A stretch of 18,204 bases of DNA, from IMG/VR virus record IMGVR_UViG_2700988907_000001; one strand, given 5' to 3'. The first letter of the stretch is position 1, and every line of letters begins with the position of its first letter. Both the position numbers and the translations under genes were made by a program. Under the pieces are notes generated by a model that was not told the DNA's origin, made no database searches, and saw only the letters and a program-made list of their open reading frames with translations. This document shows, piece by piece, positions 8,261 through 15,009 of this stretch. Origin of the DNA: a virus. Its lineage: Duplodnaviria; Heunggongvirae; Uroviricota; Caudoviricetes.

Positions 8261-8347
8261 ATGATTATATTATACGTGTTAGCGCATTGGCGTATGAGTA
8301 AAGAAAAGAAAAAACAAAGTGAATTATATTTCGCTTATATTAGATAA
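8261..8347 (+). CDS. 28-aa micro-ORF MIILYVLAHWRMSKEKKKQSELYFAYIR
   Basis: GGGGG SD-like run 6 nt upstream. Its stop abuts the SD of the next gene. Confidence 0.4.
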   Translation: MIILYVLAHWRMSKEKKKQSELYFAYIR

Positions 8348-8360
8348 GGTGGTGTAAAAA

Positions 8361-8507
8361 ATGATTAGATTTAAATTAAAAGGCAAAACCTACAGAAGCA
8401 CACAGACGACAGACGCACTAATAACGTTGTTTGGTGGCACGATAATTATTACTATTCTTAACTGGCTTGTGTCAATTCAAGATAATATAAATATTTTTAT
8501 TAAATAG
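8361..8507 (+). CDS. 48-aa single-TM membrane protein
   Basis: SD AAGGTGGTG. MIRFKLKGKTYRSTQTTDALITLFGGTIIITILNWLVSIQDNINIFIK; not in the ORF track. Confidence 0.65.
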   Translation: MIRFKLKGKTYRSTQTTDALITLFGGTIIITILNWLVSIQDNINIFIK

Positions 8508-8509
8508 TG

Positions 8510-8541
8510 TTGACATTGTTAACACAATGCTTTAGTATAAT
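8510..8541 (+). promoter_or_regulatory. sigmaA-type promoter with a palindrome in the spacer
   Basis: TTGACA-17 nt-TAGTAT; CATTGT-TAAC-ACAATG at 8514-8529. Confidence 0.6.
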
Positions 8542-8580
8542 AGACAAGCAAGACAATAATATAAAAAAGGATGATAAAAG

Positions 8581-8892
8581 ATGAACTTACCACAATGGGA
8601 AATGAGAGACGTATTACAATTTGCTAAAACTGAAATGAAACAAGGCGAAACAGAAAGCACACAAGTTGTTGTAAACAATTACCAAATACAAGAGGAAGAT
8701 GGTAGAACATATTACGAGATTTACGAAAGTGTTGTAAACATTAATGAAGAAACTACAGAAGATGAGTTTTTCGAATCAGTGATAAAAAATGAAATGTTAG
8801 TAAAAGAATATAAAACACTAAAAGGTTTAATTAATAACCTAAAAAAACAATATACACAACAATTTAATTATAATATCTTAACTACAATTTAA
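8581..8892 (+). CDS. Acidic hypothetical protein
   Basis: 103 aa ORF with SD AAAGGATG. Confidence 0.8.
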   Translation: MNLPQWEMRDVLQFAKTEMKQGETESTQVVVNNYQIQEEDGRTYYEIYESVVNINEETTEDEFFESVIKNEMLVKEYKTLKGLINNLKKQYTQQFNYNILTTI

Positions 8893-8983
8893 AAACATTT
8901 AGCACTGTTAGTGTAGCCGATTAAGTCGGCTATATTATAGAGTGTTAAAACTCAAAAAATAAATTATAAAGGAATGATTGTAA

Positions 8984-9535
8984 ATGCAAGAATTATCAAA
9001 TGTTTTAAAAAATATGGAATTAGAAACTCATGGAGTAAAAAATGATATAATAAATTACTTATTGAACAATAGTAATGATAGTGAAGATATTCAAATATTG
9101 TTAGAAGATATAAATAACTACGGTTGTGAATCCGGTATAGTCAATCACTTAATTTACTATACTGATACAGTGGCATATTTTGAAAAACACGAAGATGAAA
9201 TACAAGAAATGATAAATAATACTTATAGTATTGATTTATATTCTATGGGAGTAGAAGAATTTGATAAACTTATGAATATTTTAAATCTTGATAGCTTTGA
9301 GGATAGACTTAACAACATAGGAACACATGAAGAGGCTTTAAAACGTGTAGCATATGATAACAATATATCAATAGATAAAGCAGACACAAAAGACTATGAA
9401 GAGGAAGTTTTTACAGAACGTTATTATATAGCTACAGAATTAGGCATTGCAGACAAAAATTATCTTGCATGGGCTATATTTGAATATAATGCAAGTGTGT
9501 TATATGATGAGTTATATGAAATGAGTTTAGTTTAA
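8984..9535 (+). CDS. Very acidic conserved-looking phage protein with GCxSG..LIYYxDT motif (Ocr-like DNA-mimic candidate)
   Basis: 183 aa, about 39 D/E versus 11 K/R. SD AAAGGA. Confidence 0.8.
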   Translation: MQELSNVLKNMELETHGVKNDIINYLLNNSNDSEDIQILLEDINNYGCESGIVNHLIYYTDTVAYFEKHEDEIQEMINNTYSIDLYSMGVEEFDKLMNILNLDSFEDRLNNIGTHEEALKRVAYDNNISIDKADTKDYEEEVFTERYYIATELGIADKNYLAWAIFEYNASVLYDELYEMSLV

Positions 9536-9590
9536 TTTTAAAAACTAACAAAATAAATTAAGGTAATATAGAAATAGAAAGGGTTTAAAA

Positions 9591-9830
9591 ATGAATGAGT
9601 ACAAACAGCATATAAGTGATTGCTATCAACGTATAAAAAACGTTGGCGGCGTCATTATAAATGATTTTAAGCAATGGGACAATAACATAGATGAATGCGA
9701 TGATATTTACTATATTGTAAATCATTGTGCATATAAGATATATAAAAAAGGCGTTAAAGAAATAAGTGTAACGCCAAAGTTTGTTAAATTGATTCTTAAC
9801 AATGATAAAGCTAAATATATTAAAAAATAA
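9591..9830 (+). CDS. Hypothetical protein
   Basis: 79 aa ORF with SD GAAAGGG. Confidence 0.75.
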   Translation: MNEYKQHISDCYQRIKNVGGVIINDFKQWDNNIDECDDIYYIVNHCAYKIYKKGVKEISVTPKFVKLILNNDKAKYIKK

Positions 9831-9845
9831 AAAGGATGATGAAAA

Positions 9846-10142
9846 ATGAAAAGTATTTACGATATTAGTTTAAAATTAAGCAAAGGATATGCAATTGATT
9901 TAAATATTTTAGGTTACAAGTTTTCGCTTGTAAAACATGACAGTAAAACGTTAGGCGTTTTCTATCAAAGTGTTAAAATAGGGGAACTAAATTCTGATAA
10001 TGGTATTTTTTACAGTTTTACGTTTTATGGCGAAGACTTTGGGTCTTATGACGTTACTTATAATAAAGTAACAAACATTAAACAAATGTTAGGCGTATTG
10101 TTGTATCATAATTTCGATATGATAGATTACGACAATTATTAA
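9846..10142 (+). CDS. Hypothetical protein, last gene of the island
   Basis: 98 aa ORF with SD AAAGGATG. Confidence 0.8.
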   Translation: MKSIYDISLKLSKGYAIDLNILGYKFSLVKHDSKTLGVFYQSVKIGELNSDNGIFYSFTFYGEDFGSYDVTYNKVTNIKQMLGVLLYHNFDMIDYDNY

Positions 10143-10229
10143 TATAAAAACATCTATATACTGATTGGATCCATTTCAGCCGAATATATATAAGTCTAGT
10201 TATTTGATAGCTAGGCTTTTTTATTGTGC

Positions 10230-11460
10230 CTTATTTTAAGCGTTATTATATTACGGGTATTATATACCCTTTGACTTATAACGTTTCTGTGTGGCTTTCT
10301 GTGTGGATTGTATGGGGTGTTATATAACGGGAGTATGATAAGGCAGTAATGTATATATGTAGCGTCTACAATATGACGTATATATAAACGATAGATAATA
10401 TAGCAAGCTACTGTATTATATGTAGCGTATATATTAAGGGTGTGTGTAATAATAACACGTGTGTATATGTGTACTGTATGGAACATATAGGGCGTATATA
10501 AAGCGTTACTATATAATAGGTGTATATATAAGGGTGGTATATAAAGACGTGTATATAAGGCTATATGTGGTGTGTATGATATATGTATGTATATGTGTAT
10601 AGCTATTGTGTAGTATGTATATGTGTATATAGTATATATGTATAGTGATATAGTACGTATATGTAACAGTATAGTATATGTATGTGTATATGCTTATGTA
10701 GTATGTATGTATTGTATAGTGTTTATGTATTATATATGTGTATATGATAGTACATTTATATATATGTAAGATACATATATGATATGTATATGTGTAGTTG
10801 TATGTGCATGTTGTATGCTTGTGTGTGGTCTATGTGTGTGTAGTATATCAGTATGTAGTATGTGACAGTGGTATATATTGCAGTGTATATGTGTACATGT
10901 ATATATGTATGTATATAGTTATATGTATGTAGATATGTATATGTATATAGTTATATGATTGTATATTGTTGTTGTGTTGTGTGTTGTTGTATATATAATT
11001 TTGTATAATTAACTACATTGTTATGTATTAGTTTATATATGATTAAGTATATTGTTATATATGATTATGTATTAGATATGTTCAATGTATTAGATTGTAT
11101 TAGTTATATTATGTTTATGTGATTGTGTGTTGTTGTGTTCGTTTATCTTGTTGTTTGTTCGTTGTGTTTGTCTTTGGTTGGTTGATGTGTCATTGCACTG
11201 TATAACCTTTATTAACCTATTAACCATAACACAACCTTATAACCTTATATTATCCTTAACGCTATATAATCGGTATAACGTCATATGTTCGCATGTGTTC
11301 GCATGTTGTGGTGTTCTATATGTGTTTGTATGTATAGTGTTTGATTGTATATTATATTATATTTATCTTTGTTTATTTGAAATGAACATATATATTATTA
11401 TATAATTTTTTTATATTAATATACCGTTATACAATATCTTTGTTATACCTTGTTTATATT
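10230..11460. repeat. Long non-coding low-complexity TA/TG tract with extreme G-over-C skew on the + strand
   Basis: Runs such as tatatgtatgtgtatatg. About 20 C in 10561-11160 versus G at roughly a fifth of positions. Confidence 0.9.
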
Positions 11461-11476
11461 ATCCTATAAAATATTT

Positions 11477-11614
11477 GGGGGAATTTTACACTGCCAGGGG
11501 GTCTTAAAGACCGTAGGGTAGGCTTATGGGGGTCTCTGATATCTTGTGGCTGTAGGGGTCCCCCTGTTTTTTATGTGAAAATTTGATTCTTTTTTAAAAG
11601 ACAAGCGCCCCCCC
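11477..11614. other. G/C-run cluster (packaging/terminus-like signal candidate)
   Basis: G5 11477, G5 11497, G3 11516, G5 11528, G4 11555, C5 11560, C7 11608, in an otherwise very AT-rich context. Confidence 0.45.
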
Positions 11615-11719
11615 TTCGCTCATATAGAAACCCCACAAAAAGGCAAAAATTGTCCACTCTGAATGGACAAATGTTCGTGTTTTAGTTAAATTTGTTTGTT
11701 TTGAGTAGACAATCATCAT
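11594..11719 (-). CDS. 41-aa peptide with hydrophobic aromatic C-half
   Basis: SD AAAGGAG (11726-11732) and ATG. MMIVYSKQTNLTKTRTFVHSEWTIFAFLWGFYMSEGGALVF; has its own consensus promoter. Confidence 0.55.
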   Translation of the reverse strand: MMIVYSKQTNLTKTRTFVHSEWTIFAFLWGFYMSEGGALVF

Positions 11720-11747
11720 TTTTTTCTCCTTTCTTTATCTTAATTAC

Positions 11748-11776
11748 ATTATATAATAGAAATAAGGGGGTGTCAA
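11748..11776 (-). promoter_or_regulatory. Consensus sigmaA promoter firing toward the low-complexity tract
   Basis: TTGACA-17 nt-TATAAT. The -35 sits in the loop of the hairpin AAGGGG-GTGTCAA-CCCCTT (11764-11782). Confidence 0.8.
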
Positions 11777-11794
11777 CCCCTTTTCTCAAATTAA

Positions 11795-12007
11795 TTAAAT
11801 AAAATCTGTTTTAATTCCTTTAAGTTCAAATCCGTATCTCTCTGCTGCTTCTTTAGCTTCTGGTAAATCATCAAATATCTTAGCTTCGTTTATATCCTTA
11901 GTAGTAATTACTATAGTTTCTGTCACTTCTGAACCATATACCTTAACCTCTTCTTCGAAGAATCTTCCATTTTCCATAATCACATAATAAACCTTTCCTA
12001 TATCCAA
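11795..12007 (-). CDS. Hypothetical protein
   Basis: 70 aa, TTG start with SD GGAGTG. Confidence 0.75.
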   Translation of the reverse strand: MDIGKVYYVIMENGRFFEEEVKVYGSEVTETIVITTKDINEAKIFDDLPEAKEAAERYGFELKGIKTDFI

Positions 12008-12018
12008 TTATATCACTC

Positions 12019-12345
12019 CTAATAAAAATCTACAATGAGAAAGAAATAATAATTATCATTAAATACAACTTTCCTTCTATATTCTATTGCTTCTACTAAA
12101 TAATCATCCCTACTAATATCTCTTAGCTCTCTATAGAGCAATCTAACGCTTTCTCTGTCTAAATATAGCTCTCCACTATCTACACGTACGCCATACTTAA
12201 ATAGTAATTCTTTTACAACGTCATACATGGAATCAATTTCTTTATATAACTCTTGAAATATCCATTGATAAGCGTAATTATCATTATATAATAGATATGC
12301 TATATCATTTTTCATTCCAGAATGACACCCATAAACACAAAACAT
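12019..12345 (-). CDS. Hypothetical protein
   Basis: 108 aa, SD AAGGAGTG. Confidence 0.75.
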   Translation of the reverse strand: MFCVYGCHSGMKNDIAYLLYNDNYAYQWIFQELYKEIDSMYDVVKELLFKYGVRVDSGELYLDRESVRLLYRELRDISRDDYLVEAIEYRRKVVFNDNYYFFLIVDFY

Positions 12346-12356
12346 ATTAACACTCC

Positions 12357-12509
12357 TTATATATTAAACAAAAAAGCCATTCCTATTAAAGAAGACAATA
12401 TTCCTAAAGTGGAAAATATAATAGCTTCTATCTTGTTATTAGAAACATATACCATTATTTCAGAAAATATAATAAATGCTAACATAATAAATACAATTAG
12501 CGTTTCCAT
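12357..12509 (-). CDS. 50-aa two-TM membrane protein (start corrected to 12509)
   Basis: SD AGGAGGT before ATG GAA ACG. The longer 12572 start would overlap the promoter. Confidence 0.75.
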   Translation of the reverse strand: METLIVFIMLAFIIFSEIMVYVSNNKIEAIIFSTLGILSSLIGMAFLFNI

Positions 12510-12543
12510 ATAAAATAACCTCCTAAAAAACTTCCTATACAGT

Positions 12544-12572
12544 ATTATACCATATAAGAAGTCATTTGTCAA
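12544..12572 (-). promoter_or_regulatory. sigmaA-type promoter
   Basis: TTGACA-17 nt-TATAAT with TG extension. Confidence 0.8.
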
Positions 12573-12625
12573 TAAATATTATTGTAATGTATCTTTAAAA
12601 TTATCCATATTATCTTCAATAAATT

Positions 12626-13093
12626 CTATTTTTCATATAGAGATTCAAAATCTAATTCCATTTGTTTCAGTAAGAACATATCAGTTACAAATGCTTTTTT
12701 AAGTGACATTGAATGGACTAATTCTATTACATTTTTAGAAAATACATTAACTTTTTTCTCATATTTGAGAACTTTTTTATTAAAATCTCTTATTTTACTT
12801 TCTTCTAAGTAATTTTCAATAGTACGATTAGGTAAATCACTATCAAATTCTAAATCGAAAATCTGATTCATCATATTACTATATTTATAGTTAATGTTTT
12901 TACTTAATGTTATAAGTTCAGTGAATTTATTGTTAAATAATTTCATTTTATTATTATATTCTTCTTCATCTATAATCTCTAATCCTTTAAAATTAACCAA
13001 ATGAAGCATAATCTCTTTAACAACATCTGTATAAAGTGCCATTTTCTCATTATAAAAATCAAATTTAAGAACATTTTCTAGTTCCAGTTTCAT
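12626..13093 (-). CDS. Hypothetical helical protein
   Basis: 155 aa, SD AAGGAGTG. Confidence 0.8.
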   Translation of the reverse strand: MKLELENVLKFDFYNEKMALYTDVVKEIMLHLVNFKGLEIIDEEEYNNKMKLFNNKFTELITLSKNINYKYSNMMNQIFDLEFDSDLPNRTIENYLEESKIRDFNKKVLKYEKKVNVFSKNVIELVHSMSLKKAFVTDMFLLKQMELDFESLYEK

Positions 13094-13104
13094 ACAAGCA
13101 CTCC

Positions 13105-13296
13105 TTATTTAAAACTATTTACATCAATAGGAATAATCTGATGCATTGCTAAGAAATTTTGTTTTTCAACAAATGTTTTAGCTGATTTTTCTGTATCAAA
13201 TACAAAGAATTTTTGCTGGTTTGTATTAGTTAATCCAATAACTTGGAATACTCTACCTTTTCTTTTCATTGCTTTTTTTGTTTCTTCTAAATTCAT
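13105..13296 (-). CDS. Hypothetical protein
   Basis: 63 aa, SD AAAGGAG. Confidence 0.75.
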   Translation of the reverse strand: MNLEETKKAMKRKGRVFQVIGLTNTNQQKFFVFDTEKSAKTFVEKQNFLAMHQIIPIDVNSFK

Positions 13297-13299
13297 ATA

Positions 13300-13452
13300 T
13301 TATTTTTCTCCTTTACTCTTGTATATTTTTAATGCTTGCTCTTTATTATCTGCATTTACTACATATAACTTTTCATTTTCTCTTGATTTTTCTATATTTT
13401 TATGAGTATATCCTATGTTATCTGTAAACTCTCTGATTAAATATTGTGTCAT
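13300..13452 (-). CDS. DUF1381-like staphylococcal phage protein
   Basis: Not in the ORF track. MTQYLIREFTDNIGYTHKNIEKSRENEKLYVVNADNKEQALKIYKSKGEK fits the recalled MTQYL..F.D..G..H pattern; the start overlaps the upstream stop. Confidence 0.75.
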   Translation of the reverse strand: MTQYLIREFTDNIGYTHKNIEKSRENEKLYVVNADNKEQALKIYKSKGEK

Positions 13453-13682
13453 TTGATATTTACGACCCCTTTAACAACAATAATAGAATCATGAGAACCA
13501 TAATCTATGTGTGTTTCATTATTGATTTCCCAAACTCTTAAATAAGGAGATAAAGGTAATTGCTTTAGTTCCGATAATTGTTTAGTCATTTCTAACCAAC
13601 TTGAACCTTTTATAACTTCTCCTAATTTAATACCTCTTTTATGATGATTCTTCCTAAGGTACACTTTAGAATATTGTTCCAT
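13449..13682 (-). CDS. Hypothetical protein
   Basis: 77 aa ORF in the operon. Confidence 0.7.
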   Translation of the reverse strand: MEQYSKVYLRKNHHKRGIKLGEVIKGSSWLEMTKQLSELKQLPLSPYLRVWEINNETHIDYGSHDSIIVVKGVVNIK

Positions 13683-13710
13683 GTTTTACTAACTCACTCT
13701 TTCTAATCGT

Positions 13711-13746
13711 TTCTGATAATAATTTAATTTCTAACTATTTATTCAT
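13711..13746 (-). pseudogene. dut: Relic 5' end of a trimeric dUTPase gene (MNK*LEIKLLSE)
   Basis: Matches the recalled staphylococcal phage Dut N-terminus (L.(V/I)KLLSE) in the expected gene order. TAG at codon 4 and the rest of the gene is absent. Confidence 0.55.
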
Positions 13747-13902
13747 TTATTGTTCATCCTCATTCGGATAAAATTTAATAAACATTTTATTCCCATGTTT
13801 ATCTCTAGCTACCAATTCTTCGTATTCATCGTGTGATACATATTTTTCAATTACGCAATTTTGTAACATCTGCATCATTTGCATATGTTTTTCAGCATTC
13901 AT
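13747..13902 (-). CDS. Conserved small staphylococcal phage protein (MNAEKHMQMMQMLQNCVIEKYVSHDEYEELVARDKHGNKMFIKFYPNEDEQ)
   Basis: 51 aa, SD AAGGAGCGTG; not in the ORF track. Confidence 0.8.
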   Translation of the reverse strand: MNAEKHMQMMQMLQNCVIEKYVSHDEYEELVARDKHGNKMFIKFYPNEDEQ

Positions 13903-14191
13903 CACTATCACGCTCCTTAAAATTTATAATTACATGGCAGATATTTTGGAATATCGCATCTGGTTCTCTATCTTTTAATGTTCCGTTAATGATTAAATTA
14001 TCTATCTCATCAAACGCCTCTGCCTTCTTTTTAATTTCTGCCATATCATTGATGAGTTCATCACGTTGTTTCTTGTATGAGTCACGTTCATCTCTGAACT
14101 TCCACCAATCACTACGCGGATAGCTTTCGTCTAAATCTAAGTCTTTATTCCTGATAAATTCTAATAATTGTTCTTTAGTTATTTCTGCCAT
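13892..14191 (-). CDS. Conserved staphylococcal phage hypothetical protein (MAEITKEQLLEFIRN...)
   Basis: 99 aa; recalled from temperate coagulase-negative staphylococcal phages. Confidence 0.8.
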   Translation of the reverse strand: MAEITKEQLLEFIRNKDLDLDESYPRSDWWKFRDERDSYKKQRDELINDMAEIKKKAEAFDEIDNLIINGTLKDREPDAIFQNICHVIINFKERDSDEC

Positions 14192-14194
14192 TCC

Positions 14195-15007
14195 TTATCC
14201 CTCATTCCATTTAGAGTTTAATATACCTAAATCAACTAATTTTTTAATATCATTCTTTTTGATTTTTCTTTCTCCTTTTTCCCAACGCCATACTTGATTA
14301 CTTTTATATCCTAATTGATGAGAAAGTTTTCTCATGGTCAATCCTTTATTTATTCTTCCTATTTTTAATTCATCTTCTATTGTTTCATTATGTTTGATAT
14401 TATTTTTGTCCCTTTCTACCAATAATGGTTTGGTAGATAAAATTTCTTGAACATTAAATCCTTTGTCATACCTAACCTTTATCAAATCATAAGGAATTTC
14501 TAATTCATCTGCCCATTCAGAACCTAATTTGGTAACTCCATTTAACGTCAATGAAAATTGACAATTTCTATTTTTATGAATTTCTTTTAAATTTCCATCA
14601 TAGAATAACTCATCTCCTACATACCCCTCTTGGTATCTAGCGAAAACAGTTTTATAGCTTAGATTTAATTTCTCACACCATTGTTTTAAAGTCATAGTCT
14701 CATTTTTGTAATCTATGAGTATATTAGTTGTTTTATTATTTGATTGTTCAATGATAGTAGCCCATCTACAATTATCTGGAGAATATCCTTTGCTATTATC
14801 AATTCTGTCTATTGTTAATCCTAATTCATATCCAGTTGATAAAGCCCACTCTTTAAACTTTCCATAATCATTTAACCATTCATCACATACTTTAATACCT
14901 TTAGCACCATACTTTATATATCCTGAACTTTTAGGATTATGGCATCTTTGTACCATCGTTAGATATTTACGTCTCAACACTTTATTAACTTCACTATCTG
15001 AGTACAT
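14195..15007 (-). CDS. HNH homing endonuclease with two DNA-binding repeats and a C-terminal XRE-type HTH
   Basis: YGAKGIKVCDEW..LTIDRIDNSKGYSPDNCRWAT; repeats YKNETMTLKQWCE and LNGVTKLGSEWAD; GLTMRKLSHQLGYKSNQVWRWEKGE. Confidence 0.88.
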   Translation of the reverse strand: MYSDSEVNKVLRRKYLTMVQRCHNPKSSGYIKYGAKGIKVCDEWLNDYGKFKEWALSTGYELGLTIDRIDNSKGYSPDNCRWATIIEQSNNKTTNILIDYKNETMTLKQWCEKLNLSYKTVFARYQEGYVGDELFYDGNLKEIHKNRNCQFSLTLNGVTKLGSEWADELEIPYDLIKVRYDKGFNVQEILSTKPLLVERDKNNIKHNETIEDELKIGRINKGLTMRKLSHQLGYKSNQVWRWEKGERKIKKNDIKKLVDLGILNSKWNEG

Positions 15008-15009
15008 AA

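Noticed and set aside
10560-10960. Z-DNA as the function of the alternating purine-pyrimidine tract
   Set aside because: The tract is TA-dominated and lies between convergent transcription units (positive supercoiling), both unfavourable for Z-DNA.
10211-11405. ORFs 10211-10486 (-) and 11127-11405 (+)
   Set aside because: By-products of low-complexity DNA (Y/I/T/H- or C/V/L-rich), with no SD.
11477-11558. Canonical G-quadruplex
   Set aside because: Loops of 9-22 nt are too long for a confident call; kept only as a G-run cluster.
11664-11677. LexA/SOS box-like TGGACAAATGTTCG
   Set aside because: Two mismatches in the left half-site, and it lies inside the small ORF rather than over a promoter.
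12530-12556. dif-like start ACTTCCTATA
   Set aside because: The spacer and XerD arm do not match; the sequence is explained by the minus-strand promoter region.
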